This document shows positions 50,491 to 64,000 of a stretch of 64,000 nucleotides of DNA, one piece after another (the stretch's first letter is position 1; each line of letters opens with the position of its first letter). Under the pieces are notes generated by a model. That model made no database searches. It had not been told where the DNA came from and saw only the letters and a program-made list of their open reading frames with translations. This stretch comes from Octopus sinensis (taxonomy: Eukaryota). The DNA lies in the NCBI RefSeq assembly GCF_006345805.1, contig NC_043010.1:248001-312000 (forward strand), written 5' to 3'. Position numbers and translations under genes: made by a program.

Positions 50491-53400
50491 ACAAAAAAAA
50501 AGGGAGAAAACCTAAAATGGGTTGATGTACCACAAAGTCCCATTTTATTGAAATAGGAAGTAAGCAATGCAGTGATGGGGAAAATAATCCGATTTTATTG
50601 ATCTTGTTTTTTTTTTCCATTGAGTCAATAAGTAACAACAATGTGTGAGTTATTAACCACACCTCTTTCCTGATTGAAGATCAAATCTTGGCCCATTTTG
50701 CTCCAACTCTTATGCATCTGAGAACTATGTTCCCTATAGAATAAAATTTATTTATATATTTAGTTTCATTTAAATGAAACCAAGCTAGCAGCCTGCAGGC
50801 TGATTTCTTATGTGGAACATCGAGGTCAGTGGTGTATTCTTGTGAGTCTGTGAGATGTTAAGTGTGAGCAGCAGCAGCAGCAGCAGTTAAAAACAACAGC
50901 AGAGATTTCAGTGTTTATTTACAACCAAAATGTCACCTTCCAATAAACATTATTTTTTTTTTGCATCTGGTTATGATGGCTGAGTGCAATGTTAATGTGG
51001 AGATGGATGTGGTGGTGAAATGTAGTCTTTGTTAAGGTGGTGGTAGTGGTAGTGGTACTGATAGAAGTGGGGTGTAGTAGTGGTGGTGATATTGGTGTTG
51101 GTGACAGTGATGATGGCGAGGGTAACTATGTTAAGTAGTGGATGTAGTCTTATATAGCAGAGCTGAGAGTATTTCTATTGGAGGTGGTTTATGTGTTAAC
51201 AGTGGTGGTGGAAGTATCTATTTAGGGACAAGAGACGAGGGGCTGTACTGGTCTAATTTAGGGAAATACTTGTTATGGTTTATATAAGTGGTTATTATTT
51301 AACCCCAGGTCATCCTTGACTGAACAGACTTATGGTCAAAGGTGTTTCACCTATGATTATACCAACTTAAGATCGCAAAGCATAAGCTTATAGAAATTTG
51401 GCTACTATTTCTAGCAGGTTGAGTAACAAGCAGAGGCACTTGTTAGCTTGTAAAAGAAATGGTTGGTGGTGGGGCATTTATTGGTGATCTGCTTAGAAGG
51501 GGATACTGTTGGTGTAGTAGTGGTATGAGTACGGTGGTCTATGTCACAGTGGTTAGCCCTTTTTGCTGTATTATATATCTGTGGGTGGTCTCTGTGGTTG
51601 TACAAGTGGTCTATATACTGTTGTCTAACTAACAGTTTATACAACAGTGCAGGTAGGACGTAGCAAAGTGTTGTAGAATTACATCTACAGAAATAATAAA
51701 ATTGCTAGGGGTGGACAAAATATCTTGGCAGTAGAATTTGGTTAGGGCTCTTTATATTCTGTGTTTTGGGTTCAAACCCCAGTTTGGTCAACTTAACCTT
51801 TCAGCCTTTCAGGAATTAAGGGGAGGATGGGCCATTAAAATGAAGTACGAGTCAAGTACTGAAATCAATTTAAATATTCCTGTAAAAACATCCTAGATAT
51901 GAATGGAATTATAGTGGAAGACACACGCATATATACACACACACGCACAAAAGCGCGAGCGAGCGAGCGCACATACACACACACAATCGTCCCAGTATGT
52001 TAAAGATTCAGGTCATTGGGTTTTTTTATTGTCTTTTTGTGTTTGGTCAGATACAAAATGGTAAGTTGTACTACACTAGGCTAGCACGGTTTGATAAAAA
52101 ATGTCTTTGAAGAGAGATTACACGGATTCTTGTAAGCTAGTCTTTGGCTGAGAAGTAGATAGATGAAAGAGAGTAAAATAGAGTGAGAAAGAGAGGAGGG
52201 ATAAAAAAATATTTAAAACTAAATCGATAATTCTCTTTACGGTTTTATATTCTCCAACAGAATATATCGTCAGCAGTATTGCATTTGAAGAACCGATTCT
52301 AAGAAAAGAAAAGGGAAAAAAGATCATAAATAAACAAACACCACCAACACCAAATATAGAGCTGCTGCATTCCATTCTCCAAGTAGGAAAGACAGCACGT
52401 TTACCTCTCTCTCTCTCTCTTTCTTTCTTTCTCTCTCTCTATCACATACGCGCACGCTTTCTTTAAACAAGGGAGATAACCCTGAATTAATTATCGATTT
52501 TAATTGCAACTCACCTGAATATTTTCTTTGCTTTGATATTTTTATTAAATTCATTTTGATTAAGGATATATTTAAGTTGTTTTATTTACTTTATAAATAT
52601 CTAACATCAAAGAAATTAAGCGTGTTGTTGTATGTAAAGTGTTTGTCAAGACCTGAATTACATTTTTCGGATATTCGAAGAGCGTGGCTGTGTGGTTAAG
52701 ACGTTCGGGTTTTTTTTAACTACTCATATACAGGCTCAAATCCACTGTGCGGTACATAAGGCAAGTGTTTTTTTTTCCGTAGCTTTCAGTCAACCAAAGT
52801 TCTCTGAGTGAAATCTAGTAGTAATCCAGGATAGTCTATTCTAGAATAATAATCATAGATGGCGTGTTCACAGTATGGAGTGCTTTTGATCATATGTCTG
52901 ATCAAGTTTGACTTGTAGGCATTGGGGGACTGGGTCTAAAAAGATTGGTTGCCAGGAGACTAAGCAACTACATTTTGTTAAAAGTATTCTTTACAACTGT
53001 CTACAAACACAGACTGGATGAAATAATGCATTCTTCTAGGAGTGAATAAAAAAAAATTCAAACTTGAGATGTGCCCCTTAGATACTAACATGAGGCCCCA
53101 TATATGGATTCTAATGGCGCAGGTGCCCACTTGCATGGGGAAAGCTGGTAACCTGGCCAGTCCACCACTGTTTGCGGGTCAGTGTTGTCTTAAGGCATGG
53201 GGGCACTGGGTAGTTTCCTGGCAGCTTCACGGATCTTGGGCCCAATTCTAATCTATGTATGCTATGATGTTGTCAATAGAGAAATACTATAGGGCTCAGT
53301 GCATCGAATTGTCTGGGAGTATATAACGCTGCTGGAGTGTTAAGAAAAAAAAACACAAACAGGAATCAGCAGATATTAATGCCAGGATTATGATACATGA

Positions 53401-53614
53401 AAATCGGCAATGGTGAACAAACAAACAAAAAAAAAAAAAAGAAAAGAAATCGTAAATGGATCATTAGGGAAAGGCACAAATGGTCGCAGACACAGTTATG
53501 TGGTTCAGAAATTCGTACCGCAGTTTGCAAGTATAATAAGCGCAATGCTTATTATGCTATATCTCCTTGAAGTGATCAGTATTTTGGTATCGATAGAGGG
53601 AAAGTGAGCAGAAC

Positions 53615-53804
53615 ATCGTCTGTGTGGTAAGAAGCTTGCTTCCCAACCACATGGTTCCGGGTTCAGTCACACAGCGTGGTATCATGGGCAAGTGTCATCT
53701 CTTATAGCCTTAGGCATTGTCAGTGGATTTAGTAGACGGAAATTGAAAGAAGCCCCTCGTATAAATGCATATGTATATATATATATATATATATACATAC
53801 ATAT

Positions 53805-53840
<36 letters not shown>

Positions 53841-53854
53841 CATACATATATATA

Positions 53855-53896
<42 letters not shown>

Positions 53897-53909
53897 TATA
53901 TATAGATAT

Positions 53910-53976
<67 letters not shown>

Positions 53977-54275
53977 AATGACAAGACAACCAAAGAATGA
54001 GAGACCTTGATATTATGTAAACAGAGGAATTTATCTGTAAAAACTCGGAGTTTTATCATGGCTACCGAATAATTGTCACATATTATATATGTGTGTGTGT
54101 GCATCTGTTTGTCACCCACCACCGCTCGACAACCAGTGTTGGTGTGTTTACGTCTCTGTAACTTAGCTATTCTAGGCTTTTAAAAAAAGTCCTGGGGTTG
54201 ATTTGTTCGACTAAAACCCTTCAAAGCGGTACCCCAGCATACCCACAGTTAAATTACTGAAACAAGTAAAAGATG
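53615..54275 (+). mobile_element. Family-2 SINE with expanded internal (TA)n/(GATA)n
   Basis: Head CTGTGTGGTAAGAAGCTTGCTTCCCAACC; 3' part ends ...GAAACAAGTAAAAG. Confidence 0.8.
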
Positions 54276-54414
54276 TGTGTGTGTGTGTGTACATAAAATC
54301 GTTTTTGTTTTTTCTTGAGCCTTAGGACTCATAAGGCCGGCTTTCAAAGCGTATAAAAGATCGACATCACAATATTCCTTTTCAACGGGACACTGATCCG
54401 TTACAGAGTCTAAT

Positions 54415-54735
54415 ACCAGCAATTTTGCGGCGAGTGGGGTAAACTGGGAGCAAATCGATTACATTGAACCCTTGATTGGTATTTTATTTTATCGACCCTG
54501 AAGAGATGAAAAGCAAAGTTAACTTCGGTGGCGTTTGAACTCAGAATGTACATACATACATACATACATACATACATACATACATACATACATACATACA
54601 TACATTCATACATACATACATACATACATACATACATACATACATACATACATACATACATACATACATACATACATTCATACATACATACATACATACA
54701 TACATACATACATACATACATACATACATACATAC
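54415..54735 (-). repeat. Partial family-1 SINE plus (TACA)n microsatellite (54548-54735)
   Basis: TTTATCGACCC..GAGATGAAAAGCAAAGTTAAC..GAACTCAGAA; microsatellite directly visible. Confidence 0.85.
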
Positions 54736-56269
54736 ATGTCCTGATGCAGTACCAGGCAATGGCTCTTATGTCTTCTGATCTTCACTGATTGGAAGTGTTA
54801 TCATGTACATATTTTGTCTTGGTATAAAAGACGGGCTACAAGAAATGTTCTTCTCAATACCACAGATCTGCATGCTAGTTGTTTGACCTTAACCAGTTGA
54901 ACATGTCCCTTAGTATCTGACAATATGTGCATCTCTGATCACAAGCAGAAGTAGTGGGGGAGCATCAAAGCCATGTATTGAGATGAATTCCTTGGGTTTG
55001 AATAATTCACCTCTGGAAACATGGGTGTTTCGTTCATCATCCTTAAAGAAACCATATTTAGAGACCTTTTGATCGGAGTAGGCTACTCAACTTGAAGGAA
55101 ATTCTAACTGGGCCCTACCTGCAATGTCGTACCCCGTTTATCTTGACATATGGTCACCATGTCGCGCACATATGGTTGTGATGCATGTGCCTGGTGTACC
55201 CATAACAGATGGTACATTTCTACCCCACTGTCGCTTTGATGGCGTGCACTGCTCTCTCACACATTAGCATCATCGTTTTACGTTCGCTTTTCTATGCTGG
55301 TATGAATCTAACGAATTTTCCCGGTTCGCATCATCTTAGACACAACTAAGTAAACCAGCCAACTTCGTGGTTTGGCGTATCTTGCCAATATAAGAAGAAC
55401 TAAGGTGTCCCCTATACATTGTACCAATAGTTATTCAGGTAACTATTAAGTTGGCTAAGATCTAGACTGCGGTCTGACTCATAAGAACCATTGTGGCACG
55501 TTTTCTATAACTGGATGTCCTTCCCATCATCAACTAATCTACAGAGTATAGTAGGTGCATTTTATCGTCCATAAGTACTTGCGTGGTTGTCCACTATGAA
55601 GAGATTTTACCCCCCCCCTCCTCGACTCCGCTAACTTGTATCAGTTCTTATTTAGAGTTACTACCTTCCTAGACGGATTACTTACGATGCAGATTCGCTC
55701 TATTTTTGGCATGATTATATGAGGAAGTGTCTTCATGGTAATATGCTGGAGTGACCGAGGTTATTTATATGTGTCCTTATCAGTAGCCACCATTCAACAG
55801 CGCAGATCGGGTTCATTTTGTCATGTCATCAGCGGTCCTACAGCCGGCTTTCTGTAGCAAAACGAGAAATTTCTGTTTACCCTATATCTGTTTTTTTTTT
55901 TTTTTTTTTATCACAGTTCTACCCTCGTTGACGAATTTCCTGTGCTACGGTTTGTAAAATCTAAATCTCCGTTCATTAAACACACACACACACAAATTGG
56001 AACACCGACACAGCGTATATGACCTTAAAATTGTCAAGAAATTTATAATTACATGTGTAATAAATGTATTTTTAGCCTTACTGTGCAAATAGACCCCGTG
56101 GTTAAAGGCAGGACACCCGGAAGTCAAGTGGGAGGAATTATCTGATTAGTTTCGATTTTTGTTAAGGCCGTCATCAGGATTTGATTTCTATGTTGAAAAA
56201 AAATTGTGAGAACTATTTTACTATCATTAAACCAGTTGATAAGTAACGCCATGATGTCTGACAGACTTA

Positions 56270-57078
56270 GCTCTACAGGCACATCCTTCTTCCTACAGCA
56301 TCTTGGTCGAGGATTTTACTTGGTACCAGCCACTAACTCTATCATAACTACATTTGGAACCTTTACAATTTACTTCCTTCTCCAAATCCACAAACCCGAC
56401 CACTTTATCATCTCTGCTTATACTCGTCTCACCGAATTCATCTCCGAGGACCTCAACAAATTGTTCTCACCCCTGTCCTCACTTTCTTACCTTCCAGTAT
56501 TAAACACACAACCATGCTTTAAACTTTTGCAACTCATTTTCGTTTTCCCTAAACTCTCCAAACTTCTCTTCATTGCGTCTGTAACAGTTACTTCACATGG
56601 TCATCCTCCGCCTCCTAAAATGTGGGTCTACGAGCCCTTAAGCACTTTATTAATCATCACCCCAACAAAGTGTAGGGGTGGTGGTGATCGTCATCGCGAG
56701 TTTACCACCACCACCATTATCCTTCTTCACTTAGTTGAACATATCCATATTCTCAACTGCTTCTCTACGACTGTGGAGTTTTACTAGCTGGTCAGCAGGG
56801 TCGCTATGGACACTAAAACGAGACTCAATTCTTTGTAGGCCACTTCGAAGTCCAGATTTTTATCCTGTTCTCTGGACTAACCCCAGGAACTGTACGGTTG
56901 TAATACTGGTGCTACCTCACTCACCTGATATAAATTCAATTGGTTTAGCTTTAACACATTTCACCCTGCATTGAAATTCATTTCCACCATAACTAACACT
57001 TCTGTAGTCATCTTTGACACCTTAAAGACACCACCTGTTCACTTCTAAGCTCACTCATGTCTTGTCTATTGCATCTGT

Positions 57079-57155
<77 letters not shown>

Positions 57156-57470
57156 TTTCATTGATATCCAATTCTCTCAATTCCTCTGGTTGCATACATT
57201 AGTTATGCAGCACTGATCCAGACCTAAGATCGAGCAGGAGAACTGGAGATATACGGTGGTATTTATCCGTAATTGCAAGTCCTCTTGGCCGGTTGTGCTT
57301 ATCGCGCATTCAACCAGTACCACCCTCCTACCCCAATACCCACACCTACAAATCGGATTCCAATTTTCTTTAACTTCTACTTGATCTGCCTCACATTCAA
57401 TCACATACTCCACCAACATTTTCGTATTTCTTCTTTCTTATCCTATATCTGCAACGACGTTCTTCCTACT
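56270..57470 (+). pseudogene. Degraded Penelope-like element (RT region), interrupted by (CT)n(CA)n
   Basis: Frameshifted PKIHKPD motif (~56370-56400), GATS...FNTFHPALKF.STI, RIPIF. Confidence 0.72.
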
Positions 57471-58224
57471 TAGTCATCTCTCCTTCAAGAGAGACAAAAA
57501 TTGTTGCTACATTTTAATTAGAAGCTTCTTATTTCTGCAATCACACTCAACTTGATGCCTTCAAATTGTCTCACCGCATCGACCTCACCTGTTTCTTTTA
57601 TCTGCATAACACTACAACCATCATCGACCCAAAACATTTCAAACTTTAACTGCACATATCGTCATCCTCCGTTCCCCACGATCTGCAGTTATATGTATCA
57701 TATATTTATATGCTGAGGTATTTTGCAATATATTTGTGAAGATATGCAATGGTGTGAATGTGAATGTGAGCAAGTGTGCGAATATGTGGACTGTATTTAT
57801 GTTTTTCATGTTGACGGGGATATATGTATGTGTACATGCACGTATAGGTATACTTACACACTATACATACATTAGCATGTGTGTGAATATGTGAATGTAT
57901 ATGTGTATGAGCGTGCTGATATGTATGTGTATAATATCAATGACATGCGTGTAAGTGCCTGTGAATCTGAAAGCAGCGGTATAAGTATGTTTTATGTATG
58001 CGTTTATTCATGTGTATCTAAAGTTATTTACCATTTGTATTTTTAATTAATGATAAGTAATTAAAATTTCAGGATTATTTCTTAACTACATTTCTTAACT
58101 AGAAATAATCATTACGCTAATGGGTCTTTTTTCTCCATGTTATGAATTAATTTTAATAAATTAAAATTTCTTAATCTACTAAATTAAATATGCTAACATC
58201 CACTAATCCATCGCAAGGTCAAAC

Positions 58225-58420
58225 CCTTGTTGCGACGTGGTAACTTTTGCCCCTCAATGATTCTGAGAGCAATGCCAGTGGAGTGCAAGCTCTAGTAGGG
58301 CTTCTCATGCTGGATAGGTCAAGGAGTAGAGGTCAAACTGATACGGGCTACCTCTTTCCAGAGCTAAAAATGGTTTGCATCGAGTCAACACCTTAAAAAA
58401 AAAAAGCAGTTACAGAAGTA
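58225..58420 (+). mobile_element. Probable 5' region of an RTE-clade LINE
   Basis: CCTTGTTGCG..GGT....CCCCTCAATGATTCTGAGAGC.ATGCC....AAGCTCT.GTAGGG..CATGCTGGA.AGGTCAA matches the recalled layout of RTE 5' UTRs. Confidence 0.5.
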
Positions 58421-59784
58421 TCGGCAACCAGTGGCGTAGTTAATATGGAAGCAAGCGGAGCCACCACTACCCACGAGCATAATTTTCAAAATTGGCGCTT
58501 TTTATAGAATGTATAATCAATGAGTTAAAAATTGTTTGGTATGTGTCACGGCACCTTTTTATGTGCTCGCTCTCCCAAAGTTTAGGACCTGGCTACGCTC
58601 CTGTCGGTGACAATTCAAATCCAATGAGAAAAGCCTCTCCTCAGAAAAGACAGGAATCTTTTAAAATAGCTGGAGACACTGAGGAAGAGCTGGTGGAAGG
58701 GGGACAAAAACAGAAAAACGGGGACCAGTCGGAGAGAATAAGAAAAGACGGCCCAGAGTCGAGAACGGTGGGAAAGAAGTCGATGGAGCGAAGGCTTAAA
58801 TATAAAAAACATAAAAAAAGTAACATGCAATAACCCCTAACTAACCCCTTTAATTTGAAGGCTTACAAGTGCCGCACATCCACAACACTTTCCTTCTTAT
58901 TCTAATTCATTTTCGATCCCAATTTCAATTTTTCTCAGTTTCTTTTCTAAGCCGAAGGACTCACCCAAAATGTTTTCCGAGCCAAGAGAATTTCTACCTG
59001 GTCGTTCGACCTGCTAGAATTAACAGCCAAATCTTTCTCGAATCGCATCATACTGCTTTATAAAAGGTGGTGGGTACCCTGCACATTGGCAAACCGAGAT
59101 GGTCACATCTGGGATGCGTTTGACAAAAAGCTTATTCAGTATTAACTTGAGGATTAACAAAAGCTACAACGACGAAAACGTTACACACAAACATACAGAG
59201 GGAGGGGAGAGGGGTTTCTTTGCTATGGAGTAGGTGAGACATTCATCTACTATACATACAAGTATACACACACAGACACAAATGCATATAAAGATAAAGG
59301 GAGAGAGACAGCAATATATAATTGATAATATGCATGTGAATGTCTATTTATTTTTATCAAATGGTTTCAGTTTAGACTAGGAATCGAAACTAATGAAGTT
59401 AAGAAGGTAACAAGGCGATCTTTCGTCTCTAGAAGACCTTTCCAGACGAAAGATTGCCGGTAACAATACACAATTACTACCTATCCTAACGGACTTGATA
59501 CACTTTGACGGTAAAATCCGAAGTCCTGAGATGGCCTGCATCAATAGCATAACTTCACCATCACCACTACCACTACCAAAACATCTCATCTTCACTTCAG
59601 TCTCTTCATTATTTAAAAACTTGAAAACAAAGCAACAACGGCACTTTCTTTCTCTTACCCTCACTCTCAGACGAAGAGTAAGTCTCCGAAGCGTTAGATG
59701 TTTCCCTCCTAACACCGGAGGAACTTAAGGAGATTTTCTAGGAACTCCAGTTTGAAGTTCTGCTGATCGTGCATATAATTTCAG

Positions 59785-60035
59785 GTGGCGACTGAAGCCG
59801 GCTGACACCGGTCTATATTTGGACTCCTAGAATCAGCTTCGACTGATTATGATTTATTTCCATCATCTGCTACAACCGTGATTAACCTCATCTGCATGGT
59901 AACCCGACAGTTTCGCTTGTCTTCTGCTTTATTTACCAACACAACCACGTCGGTATAGATGGGATTTATTTCTATTTGAATGGCCAGAAAGTGTCCGCTT
60001 TTCTCCTGCTTCGTTGCGCTGTCTTTCATCTCATG
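59785..60035 (+). other. Candidate host-gene 5' exon ending in ATG
   Basis: TTTCAG| acceptor and consensus donor ATG|GTGAGT inside ~1 kb of non-repetitive sequence; no homology evidence. Confidence 0.3.
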
Positions 60036-61089
60036 GTGAGTAACTTCAATCGAAAAACTCTCAGATGTGTGTGTCTGTGTGTCCAGACCCACACATACAT
60101 AATATATAGGCATAAATATACTCACACACGCACATTGTATTTCTATCTATCTATTTGGTCGACACACAAGAGAGTCGTAAACATTTGAATTACCGAAAAT
60201 CATTTTATATAAAATAAAAGGAAAAATTGATCGGATATTTTTAGCCGGTTTTGGAACATGAAATGTTTTTATGATTGAGACAAAACGATATTGGAAGATT
60301 CTCTGTAAAAAAATGAAAATTGATTGCAAAAGAAAACACATTTTGTAAAAACCCTTTTCTTTATAATTTTAAAGATTACAACTAAAATAATGATTCGATC
60401 GGTTTCGATGCATTTAATAAAACATCTCGAGGAATGTTTGTGCTTTAGTAAATAATGCACTTTTAACATTAGCCATAAATCCTTAAGAAAAAGTATTGAG
60501 TGAGCACAATGCCGTAGATTTGTATATGAAGGGGGTAGAGTTGAGAGTCGAGCCCATTATATAACTGGTATGTATGCAAACAATGTCTGTGTGGCGGGAT
60601 CTCTACAAGATCGCTCAATATGATACAAATAGCTGTGAAGTTTCTTTCAAATAACATCCTGTTTTTTTTCTTTTAAAAAGGGACACGTTGGATGTAATCT
60701 TCGATATATTTTTTAAAAGGTGTTTGAAAAAGAAAAACAAATACATGCCAGGGTGATCATTTCTGGAACATGATTGATCATAAGTCTGCTCTGACGGGGT
60801 CGAAATAGTAATAACAACTAGTATTTATTTGATCGACATTTACTAGAGGTGATAGATCGATTTTAGTGAGATTTGAACTCCAGAATGTGAGGTAGCGAGT
60901 TTTTTGCTTAAAACAATTAATTTTGACTAAGTGCAAAGAAGCAGAGGCTTAGAAGTTGTGACGTTCATGCATTTCGCTTTCGATCTAATTATTTCCTCAT
61001 CAATCAATACAAAATATTAATTAAAAGAAATAACTGTAACTCGAAGAACTCAAATACACACATAAACACATGTGTCTGCATACATATAA

Positions 61090-61123
<34 letters not shown>

Positions 61124-61155
61124 GCAAATCGTTGCTGAACCCTAATTATATATAT

Positions 61156-61190
<35 letters not shown>

Positions 61191-63399
61191 CACACACACA
61201 CACACACACATGCAAACATGACTTATTTCTTCGCTTTGGCACTGACAGATCTAATTTATTATTTTTTAAACAACTCCTCCTAAAAAACATGAACCAAAAT
61301 GTCTTTCTCTTTAACATTTTCTATGTAAGTAGGGAAACAGAAGGAATGATGCCGTGTTGGGTAGATTTCGACCAAAAGCATCTCTTTTTTTCTTTTTTAT
61401 TCCGAGTGTTTCATCTCTGTTAAAAAGTAAGAGAATCGCGGGAACATTTTTCTGTCACGAGATATTTTATTTATCGACTTAATTGTTAAAGCAGTTCATT
61501 TTTTAGAGCAAAACATCAACAGATCTGTTCAGATATTTTTTATTCTTATCAATTAACAATTTAATATTTATGCTTTATTTTTTACTAATATAACTTTCCT
61601 TTAATTTAAAATTCTGCTAATTTTATTAGGCCAGATATATATTTTGGTTTCTAGTAATATCGTTTTTGCTTACTGAATGTGTCTACAAGAAAAAACAAAC
61701 CAAAAACGAATGTTTTCCACCAGAAAAGAGATTTGAAAAGCAAAGCCCAATGTCGGATCGCGTTTTGTTCTGCTCTGTTATCTTTCTATCCATCCGAATA
61801 TATGAAAATGTGCGTTAATTTCTGTACTAAGTTCGTCTCCGGTTTAGATATATATATTTATATAGACCAGGTCCAGTTCATACACCTATTAAAATAAATT
61901 ATTATATTTATATAGACCAGGACTAGCTCACCCATCTATAAAAATATATATAGTTAACTGATGAAGAACCAGGTTAAATCCTGTTTTTTATGTGTGTGTG
62001 TAACCATCACTAATAACTTTAAAAAGTTTGTGACGACAGAATAATTAGCGGTATTATACTGCTACTAATTTAATTAATTAGAACACCTCCTGCACAAAAG
62101 TACTCACCACGTACCCGTTACTTTAACTCTTTGCTTGCATTTTCGTGACTGTGTTGTAGTCAATGATTATTATTTAAGCATGAATGTCACATAATATCAC
62201 ACTAGTACAGCCGGACCTGTGGAGTGCCGGATTAGCGAGTTTGCTTGGATAATTTAGATTCTTCGATTAACATGCACTTTTACTCATCAGTTAACCATCA
62301 CATCGTATCTTTTAAAATACCCTGTAAATCCATATGATCGTCAATAAGGCGGGGAAATGGACATTAAATGAAAAGCAAATGAAATTTTGATAAAGAACAG
62401 GTAAAACAAGGGGGTATAGATAAGTACCCAGGTACTGTTGACTTGCGTAAGAAAGTTCAACGCTACCTCTTTCAAAATGAAGAGCTGAAATTTAAATTTC
62501 AGTTCCATAATAAGAAGTGGGAGCTAACAGGATCGTCATCTTTATCTCGAAAGGTGAGTAAAACATCTGAAACTGGTGATGAAATTGTCCTGTTGTCTTC
62601 AGGAACTGATGATGATAGTGGCAGCATGCTTGGGTGAACAGAAGTCCATGGTATTAAATTTTCAAATGTCAGTTCCCCTATTTCATTATTTCAGTTTTTA
62701 GCTATTTTTAAAAATGAATCTTTCAATCTAATCTGTTTCATATATTTTGGCCTTTCTTTGTTTAGTTTATTCTACAAAATGTAAACTTACATAATTTCTT
62801 GTTAAGTTATAAAATTCTTATTCTACATCAGCTTTTCTCAACCTTTTTCACCCTTTGGGAATCTGCTAAAATATATTCTATGTATCAGGGAAACCTCGCA
62901 AAAAAGTTGGTACATAGCTTTTTTGGTGCTACTTTAGCTTGCAGTCTACCAGAGTATTCATAGTTTATGCTGTGAAATGACCTGATCTGAAATTAGATTT
63001 AGGATTAGCCTGCATGCTAAAGGGTTAATGGCCAAGTAGACCAAGCTCAAATGTAGCATCACTTTTTTATCTTCTTAGTCTTCTGTAGGAGATCAAGCAA
63101 ATTGTAAAACTGTCTTTGAAAGGTTTAGCTGTCTATGGTCATTAGATATCCCAATGAATATTTGAGAAGTTTTATCTAATACCATGCTTAGATAAAATAT
63201 CCCTACAATCCTCCGCTAAGAGGTCACTTTATGCCATGTGTTTGTATAATAAAATAATGATTATAGAATTAAACATAAAAATGCATTTGCATATAAGGCG
63301 CAGGTGTGGCTGTGTGGTAAAAAGGCAGGGATCTGGCCAAAACGTTAGCAGGCCGGGTGACATGCTTAGTGGTTATTCGTCTGCCGCTACGTTCATCAT

Positions 63400-64000
63400 C
63401 ATCATCGTCGTTTAACGTCCGTTCTCCATGCTAGCATGGGTTGGACGGTTCGACCGGGGATCTGGGAAGCCAGAAGGCTGCACCAGGCTCCAGTCTTATC
63501 TGGCAGTGTTTCTACAGCTGGATGCCCTTCCTAACGCCAACCACTCCGTGAGTGTAGTGGGTGCTTTTTACGTGCCACCTGCACAGGTGCCAGGCGAGGC
63601 TGGCAACGGCCACGGTCGGATTGGTGTATTTTATGTGCCACCGGCACGGAAGCCAGACGAGGCGGTGCTGGCATCGGCTACGAGTCGGATGGTGCTTTTT
63701 ACGTACCACCAGACCAGGGATCCTGGCTGGTTCAATTCGATTTCGATTTCGCTTGCCCCAACATGTTTTCGCAAGCAAGGGGGTTGGCATGGGTGCCTGT
63801 TGTACGGTCAGATTGGTGTATTTTATGTGCCACCGGCACGGAAGCCAGTGGAGGCGGCACTGGCATCGGCCACGAGTCGGATAGTGCTTTTTACGTACCA
63901 CCAGACCAGGGAACCTGGCTGGTTCGATTCGATTTCGCTTGCCCCAACATGTCTTCGCAAGCAAGGGGGTTGGCATGGGTGCCTGTCGTACGGTCAGATT
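63400..64000 (-). mobile_element. SINE-like element with internal ~190-bp tandem repeats, running off the window end
   Basis: (CAT)n tail, GGATGCCCTTCCTAACGCCAACC domain; GATTGGTGTATTTTATGTGCCACC recurs at ~63619 and ~63812 and begins again at ~63997. Confidence 0.75.

Noticed and set aside
56206-56787. 193-aa ORF as a host membrane protein
   Set aside because: It is an off-frame reading of a decayed Penelope RT; the PKIHK and FHPALKF motifs lie in other frames.
61958-61990. Hammerhead ribozyme core CTGATGA followed by a CAGG/CCTG hairpin (other CTGATGA motifs on the minus strand near 55835 and 62287)
   Set aside because: None has the required GAAA after stem II or recognisable stems I and III.

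Overview
Repeat-dense, AT-rich eukaryotic DNA. It is probably a cephalopod (Octopus-like), inferred from the tRNA-derived SINE families, the Tx1/RTE/RLE/Penelope LINE mix and the long (TA)n/(TACA)n/(TAA)n microsatellites. No confident host protein-coding gene is present; there are only two splice-signal-defined exon candidates. Main content: (1) a compact full-length Ty3/Gypsy element (27-4132, 5-bp TSD GATTG) inserted into a Helitron Rep fragment, with a canonical -1 frameshift signal and an unusual primer-binding site that is the exact complement of the FIRST 12 nt of tRNA-Phe rather than of a tRNA 3' CCA end; (2) a degraded Mag-type Gypsy element (~7.1-19.0 kb) whose integrase C-terminal coding sequence has expanded into a ~6.4-kb array of ~125 in-frame 51-bp units; (3) three diverged ORF1-only (HAL1-like) L1/Tx1-type elements whose 3' tail resembles the tail of the most abundant SINE; (4) many mariner, hAT, MULE, pogo, RTE, RLE, Penelope and SINE remnants, plus a local inverted duplication and an 81-bp perfect palindrome at 42-45.5 kb. 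All calls were made by eye from motifs and recalled consensus sequences; no database searches were run. Most long ORFs in the supplied track are artefacts of repeats.
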